Source: Dehalococcoidia bacterium (GTDB lineage: Bacteria; Chloroflexota; Dehalococcoidia; DATDQG01). From it: DNA of 48,822 nucleotides. Below the pieces are notes generated by a model. That model was given only the letters and a program-made list of their open reading frames with translations. It was not told where the DNA came from and did not search any database. Positions within the stretch are counted from its first letter, which is position 1, and each line of letters opens with the position of its first letter. Made by a program: the position numbers and the translations under genes. The stretch spans positions 1 through 48,822 of the forward strand of contig DATDQG010000028.1 in NCBI GenBank assembly GCA_035292365.1, written 5' to 3'. Positions 8,686-19,816 of this stretch are shown one piece after another.

Positions 8686-8775
8686 GGTGCGAGCCGTCGG
8701 GACCAGGGTCATCCCCAGCATGTTGATCCCGACCACGGCCCGTTTGGGCCGACAGTTACTCTCCCTCGGGACACC
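8686..8775 (-). ncRNA. Candidate yybP-ykoY (Mn2+) riboswitch aptamer
   Basis: The minus-strand RNA starts at the predicted TSS. A closing stem GGUG..CGAG/CUCG-CACC encloses GGAGAGUAAC (compare consensus GGGGAGUAGC). It also contains the hairpin CGGCCC-AAAC-GGGCCG and the stem GUCGGGA/UCCCGAC around UCAACAU..GAUGACC (compare UUGACAU..AAGACC). The downstream gene belongs to a family known to be controlled by this riboswitch class. Confidence 0.4.
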
Positions 8776-8782
8776 AAGAGGG

Positions 8783-8812
8783 ATACTAGCGCGACCAATG
8801 GGCGGCTGTCAA
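8783..8812 (-). promoter_or_regulatory. Sigma70-like promoter for the UPF0016 leader
   Basis: The minus strand reads TTGACA (8812-8807), an 18-nt spacer, then TAGTAT (8788-8783). The predicted TSS near 8775-8776 gives a ~290-nt 5' leader. Confidence 0.5.
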
Positions 8813-8850
8813 CGTTCGTGCTGGGCTGATGCTCTATCCGCGATGCGTGT

Positions 8851-11625
<2,775 letters not shown>

Positions 11626-11726
11626 GACGAGCTCTTTCTGTTGTTGGACTAGGACGCTCGGGCCCGTGAAAGACCTGAGTGGTCCCAGGAGAGTGTATCA
11701 CGCTGCGAAGCGGGTGTGCCTGTCCG

Positions 11727-12389
11727 CTAGCGGGGACTCTCGCTCTGGTGGCGGAGGGCCCAGGCCACTACCTGGGCCCGGTTGCGCAGATGGAGCTTCT
11801 GCATGATGTTCTTGAGATGGTATTTCACGGTGTCCTCGCTGATGAACAAGGTCTCACCAATGGCCCGGTTGGTAAGGCCTTCGGCCACCTGCTCGAGCAC
11901 TTCCATTTCGCGGCCGGTGAGGCGCTCGTCGGTCCGCGCGTCCAGCGCGGCGCCGGCGCCCTGGCGGGCGAACTCCCCAAGGAGGCGTTGTGCGAGGCCA
12001 CGCGACATCGCGGGCTCGCCGCGGGAGAGGCCGGCCAGCAGACGGCCGAACTCGTCGCCGGGCGTGGTCTTCAGGATGTAGCCCTGGGCGCCTGCCTTCA
12101 CGGCCTCGAAGAGGCTCTCGTTCGCGTCGGACACGGTCAGGATCACCACAGCGGTATCCGGGAGCTCGGCCTTGATAAGCCGCGTGGCATCGAGCCCGTC
12201 CATCTCCGGCATGTGGACGTCCATGAGCACGAGGTCGGGGTGAAGCTGGCGGGCGAGGGCGACGGCCTCAGTGCCGGTGGAGGCCTGTCCCACCACCTCG
12301 ATGTCCCAAGCGGCCAGAAGGCTCAGGAGCCCGTCGCGAAAGAGAGCGTGGTCGTCGGCAAGGAGGACTCGCATAGGCCCGCGGACCAC
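11727..12389 (-). CDS. NarL/FixJ (LuxR-type HTH) family response regulator
   Basis: The REC domain is present (RVLLADDH..DLVLMDVHMPEMDG..) with a C-terminal LuxR HTH (LTGREMEVLEQVAEGLTNRAIGETLFISEDTVKYHLKNIMQKL). The start is GTG 12389 or ATG 12374. It abuts the kinase stop codon. Confidence 0.9.
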   Translation of the reverse strand: MVRGPMRVLLADDHALFRDGLLSLLAAWDIEVVGQASTGTEAVALARQLHPDLVLMDVHMPEMDGLDATRLIKAELPDTAVVILTVSDANESLFEAVKAGAQGYILKTTPGDEFGRLLAGLSRGEPAMSRGLAQRLLGEFARQGAGAALDARTDERLTGREMEVLEQVAEGLTNRAIGETLFISEDTVKYHLKNIMQKLHLRNRAQVVAWALRHQSESPR

Positions 12390-13814
12390 CTATCGGGCGC
12401 TCGAAAAAGGGACTTGCACGCGGACGGTTGTGCCTTGGCCCGGGGCAGACTGGATCAGGAAGGACCCTCCCAAGGACTCCACGCGTTCCCGCATGGTCTG
12501 AAGGCCGAAGCGCGGGCTCTCGCTTCGGCTGAGGGACGCGGGGTCGAAGCCGCGACCGTCGTCGGTAATAGTGAGGAGAAGGCCATCGTTCCGCCGACTG
12601 AAGTGCACCTGGGCCGCGCGCGCGGAGGCGTGCTTGCGCACGTTGCTCAGGGCTTCCTGCACGACGCGGATGAGCTGGACCTCAGAGGCCTGTCCAAGGC
12701 TCGCCAGCTCCTCTTCGCGGAGCTCAACGGAGAAGGCGACAGGCATCTCCGCCTGCTGGCTGAATCGCTCCACGTACCGGTGCAGGGCAGCGAGGAAGCC
12801 CTCGCCGTCTTGGGTGATGACGCTGAGGCCGAGAATCCCCTCGCGAACGTCGGCGTAGACCTCTCGCGCGGCCTCCTCCAGGCCCTCGAGCTCTCGGGCG
12901 GCTTCGGTCCTGCGATCGAGCTGGAGCAGGCGGCGAACGGCTCCCGTCTTGACATTGACGTAGGCAAGCACCTGGGCGAGCCCGTCGTGCATCTCGCGGG
13001 CGATGCGTCGGCGCTCCTCCTCCACGGCGAGCTGCTGGACCTGCGCGTGCAGGACGGCGTTTTTCATGGCCACGGCTGCCTGTGCCACGAAGAGGTTGGC
13101 CGTCTCTTCATCGGTCTCGGAGAACTCGGGTGCTCCCTGCTTCTCCGTGAGGTACAGGAGCCCGAGGACCTTGCCCTGATAGATGGCTGGGACTCCCAGG
13201 AAGCTTCGCATCGGCGGGTGATGGGGGGGGAACCCGGAGAAGCTGGGATGTGCCATGGCGTCCGGCAAGCGAAGGCTGCGTCGCTCTCTGTATACGAGGC
13301 CAAAGACTCCGCGTCCCTTGGGAGGATCGCCGATGAGCTTACGCTCGTTCGGGCTGAGGCCGGAGGTCACGAACTCTTGCCAGCGGCCCTCCTCGTCGAC
13401 GACTGCCACCGCGCCGTAGCGCGCATCCACAAGCTCGCGCGCAAGGTCTACCACGCGCTGCAGGATGTGCTCCAGCGACAGGTCTGATGTCAGGACGAGG
13501 CTCGACTCGTGAAGGGCGCGAAGATGCCGGGCCTTCTCCTGCGCGTTGAGCTCCAGTGAGGCAAGGTGCTCGTTCTGCTTCAGCAGTTGTCGCTGCATGT
13601 TGCTGAGCACGCCAAAGACGCCTGTAGAGAAGAGGAAGACCGCGAGAGCTATCAAGAGCAGCAGGAGCGCGGAACCGAACCATCCAACGAAGGCGCTCGG
13701 AATCACGACCTGGCGCATCAACTCGAGCGCACCGAGGAACAGGAGCGGCGCCAAGACCGCGACCCAGCGGAGGCGACTCAGGTTCAAGCCTTGGTGGGAC
13801 ATCGTGGTACTCAT
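12390..13814 (-). CDS. Membrane sensor histidine kinase (2 TM, GAF, HisKA_3, HATPase)
   Basis: Two N-terminal hydrophobic helices are followed by a GAF-like region. The H-box EERRRIAREMHDGLAQ is NarX/DegS-type (HisKA_3), and the C-terminal ATPase region reads ..VTDDGRGFD..GLQTMRERVESLGG... Confidence 0.9.
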   Translation of the reverse strand: MSTTMSHQGLNLSRLRWVAVLAPLLFLGALELMRQVVIPSAFVGWFGSALLLLLIALAVFLFSTGVFGVLSNMQRQLLKQNEHLASLELNAQEKARHLRALHESSLVLTSDLSLEHILQRVVDLARELVDARYGAVAVVDEEGRWQEFVTSGLSPNERKLIGDPPKGRGVFGLVYRERRSLRLPDAMAHPSFSGFPPHHPPMRSFLGVPAIYQGKVLGLLYLTEKQGAPEFSETDEETANLFVAQAAVAMKNAVLHAQVQQLAVEEERRRIAREMHDGLAQVLAYVNVKTGAVRRLLQLDRRTEAARELEGLEEAAREVYADVREGILGLSVITQDGEGFLAALHRYVERFSQQAEMPVAFSVELREEELASLGQASEVQLIRVVQEALSNVRKHASARAAQVHFSRRNDGLLLTITDDGRGFDPASLSRSESPRFGLQTMRERVESLGGSFLIQSAPGQGTTVRVQVPFSSAR

Positions 13815-13990
13815 TACTAGTATAGCATCAGGAACCGCATTCCTCCGACGAGGGGCTGCTGTCGGGGCTCGGGCCCCTCCGAGGGCGATGGCGCGGGGCT
13901 CTTGCCGTTATCCGCGCGGAGTCTGGCTGGTGGACGGCGGCTTTCGCCGACAGCGTTGCGCCGCGCCAGAGGCGGCCAAGGAGGCGGGCC

Positions 13991-14263
13991 CTACCTGCCG
14001 CGGACCGCGTTGCGGAGACGCTCGATCTGTTCGAGCGGGATGGCAAGCGCGGACATGGCGTTGCGAATCTGTTGCACCTGGTTATCTAACGCCGCGATAA
14101 GCTCTTGCGCTGCTGCCGGTGGCAGCGTTGCGCTGACGATCCCATCGTGCAGCTGCCGGTAGGTCTCGGGCGAGAGGGTCATTGCTTCGATGGCGTCGAG
14201 CAACTGCACGGCCTGCCTGCCCATGAGCGTGCGTATCTGTTGGAGTAGTCCGTTGTCTGCCAT
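13991..14263 (-). CDS. Small helical hypothetical protein (90 aa)
   Basis: The internal ATG at 14263 is preceded by AAGGAG. The sequence is Gln/Leu/Ala-rich and predicted helical, with no family recognised. Confidence 0.45.
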   Translation of the reverse strand: MADNGLLQQIRTLMGRQAVQLLDAIEAMTLSPETYRQLHDGIVSATLPPAAAQELIAALDNQVQQIRNAMSALAIPLEQIERLRNAVRGR

Positions 14264-14486
14264 TCTGGTCTCCTTGAGACGAAGCGAACAGCCTCTGCCA
14301 ACATGAGGAGGCTCTCGCGCAGCCGTGGTGGCCCGTGCCACGGTCGGATGGGGTCGGAGCCGGCGGGGGGCTGCCCCATCGCCCGGCCCGTGTCGAGCTG
14401 CGCGGATGGTGCGGCCGGGCCGACGGCCCTGCTGTTATAATAGCCGAAGTCGTCGACTCCAGGACAACCGCTTGCCCCCCTCCATC

Positions 14487-16133
14487 ATGGCTCTCCTGCC
14501 TATCGTTGATGTCGCAGCCAGCCTTGGCCTCGATAGCTCCGCACTCGAGCTTTACGGGGCCTACAAGGCAAAGGTCTCGCTGGACCTGCTGGCCAAGGTT
14601 GCCGCGCGGCCCCCGGGCAGGTATGTGTGCGTCACCAGCATGTCCCCGACGCCCGCTGGGGAGGGGAAGACCACCGTCGCCATCGGCCTCGCCCAGGCGT
14701 TTTCCCGGCTGGGAAGCCGCTCGCTCGTAACGCTGCGACAAGCATCTCTTGGCCCCCTCTTCGGCGTCAAGGGCGGAGCCTCTGGTGGTGGGCGGTCGCA
14801 AGTGCTCCCAACCGAGGATGCGAACCTGGGCTTGACCGGGGACATCCACGCCGTCGAGCAGGCCCACAACCTGCTTGCCGCGTTCGTCGAAAACCACTTG
14901 TACCGCGGCAACCGACTGCAGTTGGACCCAAGATCCATCACCTGGCGTAGGGCGATGGACATCGAAGACCGGGCCCTGCGGTCGATCGTCACAGGGCTGG
15001 GCGGCGGAGAGAACGGTGTCCCGCGTGAAACGGGCTTCGACATCACTGCGGCGTCGGAGGTGATGGCGGTCCTCAGCCTCTCGACCTCGCTGGCTGACCT
15101 GCGTGAGCGACTGGGGCGGATCGCAGTTGGGACGGCCGAAGACGGACATCTCGTGACCGCGGAGGAGCTGCATTGCGCTGGGGCCATGGCCGCGCTGCTC
15201 AGGGCGGCGCTCCAGCCGAACCTCATGCAGACCAGCGAGGGCACGCCGGCTTTGGTGCACGGCGCGGCCTTCGCGAACCTGAGCATCGGCAACTCGTCGG
15301 TGATAGCCGATCAGATGGGCGTGCATCTCGCTGACTACCTGATCACGGAGTGCGGCTTCGGCTCCGACCTGGGGTTTGAGAAGTTCTGCGACATCAAGTG
15401 TCGAGTATCCGGCCTTCAGCCGGCCTGCGCCGTAGTGGTCGTCACCACGCGAGCCCTCAAGCACCACAGTGGGCGGAGGGCTTCAGGCCCTCAGCAAGAC
15501 TGGGATGAGCGTGAGCTGCTGCGCCTCGGCGCTGGGAACCTCGCCAAGCATCTCGATAACGTGCGCCGCTCTGGCCTGCCGGCGGTGGTCGCCCTCAACC
15601 GTTTTGCCGCCGACTCCGACTACGAGCTATCGCTGGCACGAGAGTTGGCCATGGAAGCGGGCGCCTTTGCCGCCGAAATCGCCGATCCCTGGGGCCGCGG
15701 CAGCGAAGGAACGGAGGCGCTGGCCGAGGCGGTTGCGCGCGCCTGCGCGGAGCCCGCGAGCTTCCGTCCTCTCTACGACCTGAGCCTGCCCCTGGCGGAG
15801 AAGATCGAAGTGGTTGCTCGAGAGGTCTATGGCGCCGGTGGGATCGCCCTAGCGCCGCCGGCCAGGCGGTCCCTCGCTCAACTGGAGGACCTCGGCTACG
15901 ATCGCCTCCCCGTGTGCGTGGCCAAGACCCACCTCTCCCTCTCCCATGACGCCACGCTTCAAGGACGACCCGAGGGCTTCATCGTCCCGGTGAGCCGCGT
16001 GCGCTTGGCCGCGGGCGCGGGCTTCGTCGTTGTGGAATGCGGCGATGTGCGGGGCATGCCCGGCCTGCCCGCCTCGCCCGCGGGCGAGCGCATCGACCTT
16101 GATTCGGAAGGGAGAGTGACTGGGCTCCAGTAG
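14487..16133 (+). CDS. fhs: Formate--tetrahydrofolate ligase
   Basis: The sequence from ATG 14487 (MALLPIVDVAASLGLD..ELYGAYKAKV..) contains the P-loop TPAGEGKTT and FTHFS-type blocks throughout. The 54-codon upstream extension in the ORF track has no homology pattern and is rejected. Confidence 0.95.
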   Translation: MALLPIVDVAASLGLDSSALELYGAYKAKVSLDLLAKVAARPPGRYVCVTSMSPTPAGEGKTTVAIGLAQAFSRLGSRSLVTLRQASLGPLFGVKGGASGGGRSQVLPTEDANLGLTGDIHAVEQAHNLLAAFVENHLYRGNRLQLDPRSITWRRAMDIEDRALRSIVTGLGGGENGVPRETGFDITAASEVMAVLSLSTSLADLRERLGRIAVGTAEDGHLVTAEELHCAGAMAALLRAALQPNLMQTSEGTPALVHGAAFANLSIGNSSVIADQMGVHLADYLITECGFGSDLGFEKFCDIKCRVSGLQPACAVVVVTTRALKHHSGRRASGPQQDWDERELLRLGAGNLAKHLDNVRRSGLPAVVALNRFAADSDYELSLARELAMEAGAFAAEIADPWGRGSEGTEALAEAVARACAEPASFRPLYDLSLPLAEKIEVVAREVYGAGGIALAPPARRSLAQLEDLGYDRLPVCVAKTHLSLSHDATLQGRPEGFIVPVSRVRLAAGAGFVVVECGDVRGMPGLPASPAGERIDLDSEGRVTGLQ

Positions 16134-16139
16134 CCCTGG

Positions 16140-16958
16140 TTACTGCGCGCTTAGATAGTCGATCACACGGCGCACAAGCCCTTGGCGCGCACTGTCCTGG
16201 CCGCCGGGCGAGCCTCTACCGCCGTGCTCCATCTCCAGCGTGGTGTTGGCCATCGCCCAACCCTTTCCCTCTTCGCCGATGAGAGAATCAGCCGGCACGC
16301 GCGCGTTATCGAAGAAGACGAACTGCTTACCGCCCCCGCCGATCAGGTCCATCGGGGCGATCGTGATGCCAGGCAACTGCGCGGGGATCATCATGAGCGA
16401 GATGTTCTCGTGACGCGGGGCCTCGGGATTGGTGTTGACCAACGTGAAGAGGTAGTCCGGCGTCCGCCTGCTGCCCACAAACTGCTTGGAGCCGTTGACG
16501 ACGTATTCGTCGCCGTCGCGGACAGCGCGCGTGCGGAGGGATGCGAGGTCGGACCCCGCTTCAGGCTCCGTGAACACCTGCCAGACGGTCACCTCGCCGG
16601 CGTACGTGGGACGGACGAAGCGCCGCTTCTGCTCCTCGGTGCCGTGCACCATGATCGCCGGCATGAGGTTGCCCGGGCCGCCCGGTTGCAGCCCGCGAGC
16701 GATCAGCTCCTCGTTGATGACGACGACGTGCTGCGGCGTCAGGCCGGCGCCTCCCAGCTCCTTTGACGCCGTCGGGACGATCCATCCTCTACCGCCGAGC
16801 CTGCGTTGCCACTCCTTGTACGCAGCGAGGTGCTCCTCGGTCATCTCCACCTCGTCGGGGAACTCCATCTTGGGAGCGTTCTCACCAAGCCAGGCGCGCA
16901 CCTCCTTCCGGAACGCCTCCTGCTCACCGGAATAGGTCATGTGGACCTCGAAGTCCAT
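16140..16958 (-). CDS. Acyl-CoA dehydrogenase-like protein covering the N-terminal and middle domains only (272 aa)
   Basis: ATG at 16958 follows GGAGAA. The ACAD N-domain pattern (..EQEAFRKEVRAWL..) and middle beta-domain (..VWQVFTEPEAGSDLASLRTRAVRDGDEYVVNGSKQF..) are present. It ends shortly after the start of the usual C-terminal helical domain. Confidence 0.7.
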   Translation of the reverse strand: MDFEVHMTYSGEQEAFRKEVRAWLGENAPKMEFPDEVEMTEEHLAAYKEWQRRLGGRGWIVPTASKELGGAGLTPQHVVVINEELIARGLQPGGPGNLMPAIMVHGTEEQKRRFVRPTYAGEVTVWQVFTEPEAGSDLASLRTRAVRDGDEYVVNGSKQFVGSRRTPDYLFTLVNTNPEAPRHENISLMMIPAQLPGITIAPMDLIGGGGKQFVFFDNARVPADSLIGEEGKGWAMANTTLEMEHGGRGSPGGQDSARQGLVRRVIDYLSAQ

Positions 16959-17116
16959 TTGTGGTTCTCCTTCTGTTCGTCGAGCCAGCTTGTTGCCGCC
17001 CATTCTGTCGATACGGAGCGGTTCTGTCAACCGGTGGGAGCCCCTTCTCGAGAATAGTGGCCGGCAGGGGGGGGGCGCAAGGCGGGAGTGGCGGGGGTCT
17101 TGTCCGTTCGAGGACT

Positions 17117-17161
17117 TGGTAGCCCCGGAAGGATTCGAACCTTCGACCGTCTGCTTAGAAG
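17117..17161 (-). repeat. Orphan copy of the 3' 45 nt of tRNA-Arg(TCT), att-like direct repeat
   Basis: Identical 45/45 to 19817-19861 (tggtagccccggaaggattcgaaccttcgaccgtctgcttagaag). This corresponds to tRNA positions 32-76. The flanks on both sides diverge immediately. Confidence 0.9.
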
Positions 17162-17413
17162 CCAGAACAGCCTAAACGGTGTGGCTCAAGCACGGGATTG
17201 TGAGCGAAAAGTGTTCAGTTGCAGTGTAGAAATAGAGATGATAACTGTTCAGCTCGATTCGAGCGGCGACGGGAAGCTCAGATGTAGCCACTGATTGGCT
17301 GCCGGTTCCCGGGGCAAGGATGCAATGAGCGACCGACTTGGAGAGGGACTCTCAAGGTTCGGTAGGTTAGGGAACAGTATGGGGACATGTTGTCTCCTAA
17401 CCAGACCCCGATA

Positions 17414-17442
17414 TTGACGAACTGATGAACAGCGGTTATGAT
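17414..17442 (+). promoter_or_regulatory. Sigma70-like promoter upstream of the GT2 gene
   Basis: TTGACG (17414-17419), a 17-nt spacer, then TATGAT (17437-17442). This leaves a ~165-nt leader before the GT2 start. Confidence 0.4.
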
Positions 17443-17607
17443 CCGTCTTTACGGATGGTCTCGTGCAGGCCAGGGGTGAGGCTGTGCTCAGACTAAGGGA
17501 GGGCACCCCCGCTTGGGGGAAGGAGAAGATAGCTCAACTCTTGCCAAAGGAGATGGGGCCTTCCCGCCGGCGGTCGTTCCAGCGCCCACCCGTTACCTAC
17601 AGCCTTT

Positions 17608-19503
17608 TTGAGGAGCACCGTGCCTGACCTCGGACCTTTGCTTACAGCAAGCCTCATTCTTTCCGCTATGGCCTTCGCCTCCGCCGTTGCGCTCATCGTC
17701 CTCGACAAGCTCGTCCCGCTTCCGCGGATTCGTCCAGAGGTCCTCTGGACCTTGCTGGTTTATGGCTGCGCTGGTCTTGGGATTAATCTGCTGATCGGTC
17801 AAGGCTACGAGGCTGCCCCGGCGCTTGGACTGGGTTTGGCCGCGGCGTTCGTAAGCCAGCGACTTCTGCCGGACTTCACCCCGGCAGGCAGGCTTCTCTT
17901 GGTCACGCACGGACAGGTGGCCCTGTTCGGCCTCCTCTGGGCAGGCTGGTTTATCGCCATGATCCCCGTCAGCGAGCTCACTCGCGCCTTGATGTTCGCA
18001 GGATACGCGATCCTGATTCTGACGGTCCCGGCCGCGCTGGTCGGCAACTTTGAGCAATGGGAGGCGCTCTGCCGCCGAACCTGGTGGCGGCCCCGGAGAC
18101 CGCTGCCGGCGCGACCCCGCGACGGGTATCCGAAGGTTTCCCTGCATGTGCCAGCCTACGCTGAGCCTCCGGAGATGGTCATTGCCACCTTGGATGCCCT
18201 GGCGCGGCTCCGCTACCCCAACTTCGAGGTGCTGGTCATCGACAACAATACCAAGGACCCAGCGTTATGGAGGCCGGTGGAAGAACACTGCCTCCGTTTG
18301 GGGAAGCCGTTCCGTTTCTTCCATGTTGACCCTTTGTCGGGGGCCAAGGCCGGGGCACTCAACTTTGCCCTCCGGCGCACAGCGCCCGACGCCGAGCTGG
18401 TGGGCGTCTTGGACAGCGACTACCAGACGGAGCCAGATTTTCTGGAGCGGCTGATCGGCTTTTTCGATGACCCACGGGTGGGGTTCGTGCAGACTCCCCA
18501 CGACTACAGGGAATGGCAGGACAGCCTCTACCAGCGGATGTGCTATTGGGAGTACGCCCATGGTGTTAAGAATACGCTGGCCGTTCTCAACGAGCGGGAT
18601 GCGGCCTATACCATCGGCACAATGTGCCTGATTCGGCACCGCGCGCTGGAAGAGGCAGGTGGCTGGGCGGAATGGTGTCTCACCGAGGACTCAGAGTTGG
18701 CCATTCGGATCCACGCACTCGGCTATTCCGGTGTCTACCTCACCACCACGTTTGGCCGCGGGGTCATCCCGGATACCTTTCTCGACTACAAAAAGCAGCG
18801 CTTCCGCTGGACCTATGGGCCTATTTCGCAGGTCAGGCGCCACTTCTGGCTCTTGCTGCCTCGGGCGTTCGGTCATCCCTCCCCCCTGACGACTGCGCAG
18901 AAGGTCCACGAGCTAAGCCACGGGCTTGGCCACCTGAACGTGGGCCTGAGCCTGCTCCTCGCCTCGCTGGGCGCGCTGGTCCTGGCGTCAATGCTGCTGC
19001 ATCAGGAGGTCGTTGCGGTGCCGCCGGCGCTCTTGTGGACCGGTGTCGTCTTCTTGACCACAGGGTTTGCCCTCAGGTGGCTGATTTACCGGGTCGTTCT
19101 GGGCTGCTCGCTCCGGGATAATTTGGGCGCCTTCCTAGCGAAGTGTGCCCTTGGCTACACAATCGCCGTGGCCAGTCTTTCGGGGGTGCTGAACCGTCCC
19201 GCCATCTGGCGTCGGACCAATAAGTTTCCGGTGCTTCCTCTGGGCCTCGGGGCGCTGAATTCCGCTCGGGAAGAACTCATACTAGGTCTCGTGGGCCTAT
19301 CTATAGGGCTTGGGAGCCTGGCGGCGGCTCCCGAACTGGGCCTGCACACTTTATTAGCGATAGGGGTTATCTACCAGGGTCTTAGCTACCTCGCGGCTCC
19401 TGCCCTGGCTTTGTTGGCCGAGAGGGATGTTCGTCGGAGCGAGCGTGCATCGATACAAACTAGCGTGCTGACCCCGATTCCAGCCGATACGGCGCTGCGC
19501 TGA
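17608..19503 (+). CDS. Membrane-embedded processive family-2 glycosyltransferase (cellulose/chitin/PNAG-synthase-like)
   Basis: N-terminal TM helices are followed by the GT2 catalytic core with DNNTKD, LDSDY, TEDSEL (TED) and QRFRW (QxxRW) motifs. C-terminal TM helices follow. The start is probably GTG 17620, which follows GAGGAG at 17610-17615. Confidence 0.85.
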   Translation: MRSTVPDLGPLLTASLILSAMAFASAVALIVLDKLVPLPRIRPEVLWTLLVYGCAGLGINLLIGQGYEAAPALGLGLAAAFVSQRLLPDFTPAGRLLLVTHGQVALFGLLWAGWFIAMIPVSELTRALMFAGYAILILTVPAALVGNFEQWEALCRRTWWRPRRPLPARPRDGYPKVSLHVPAYAEPPEMVIATLDALARLRYPNFEVLVIDNNTKDPALWRPVEEHCLRLGKPFRFFHVDPLSGAKAGALNFALRRTAPDAELVGVLDSDYQTEPDFLERLIGFFDDPRVGFVQTPHDYREWQDSLYQRMCYWEYAHGVKNTLAVLNERDAAYTIGTMCLIRHRALEEAGGWAEWCLTEDSELAIRIHALGYSGVYLTTTFGRGVIPDTFLDYKKQRFRWTYGPISQVRRHFWLLLPRAFGHPSPLTTAQKVHELSHGLGHLNVGLSLLLASLGALVLASMLLHQEVVAVPPALLWTGVVFLTTGFALRWLIYRVVLGCSLRDNLGAFLAKCALGYTIAVASLSGVLNRPAIWRRTNKFPVLPLGLGALNSAREELILGLVGLSIGLGSLAAAPELGLHTLLAIGVIYQGLSYLAAPALALLAERDVRRSERASIQTSVLTPIPADTALR

Positions 19504-19816
19504 TGCAGCCACTGTTTGCTCAGGCTGACGCAGGTGGCTTGCCCGTGCTACCTAGAGACGATGAAGGGGAGGAATCTCCCTCAAGGACGAGATCCGCTAC
19601 GAGCAGCTGGTTTTTTCGATAAAGGCAAGAGGCTCCAATATACTGAATACTGATGGTGATGGGATGGCAAGGAAAGGTCGCCCAGCAGGTACGAACATGA
19701 CCTATAAGCTGGACTCAAAGCCCTACTCAGCCATGGTGAGGGAGACAGGCGAACTGGCTGGTGCGAGAGGATGATTCTCAGTAGAGCCGTCCAGTTATCC
19801 GCTCTATTTAGCTTTG

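Noticed and set aside
14082-15467. 461-aa minus-strand ORF overlapping fhs
   Set aside because: fhs on the + strand is clear (P-loop TPAGEGKTT and full-length pattern). The minus ORF is Arg/Gly/Pro-rich with no recognisable domain.
17067-17075. G9 homopolymer within a G-rich stretch between the ACAD-like gene and the orphan tRNA half-site, as a possible phase-variation tract or G-quadruplex
   Set aside because: It is a single tract in an intergenic region with no evidence of length variation from one sequence. G-runs are common at this GC content, so the idea is too speculative to report as a finding.
17162-17607. Search for an integrase or excisionase remnant inside the tRNA-bounded islet (also 19504-19816)
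   Set aside because: Only short ORFs (68-85 aa) with no recombinase-like motifs (no R..H-x-x-R..Y pattern) were visible. I cannot exclude highly decayed remnants without tBLASTx.
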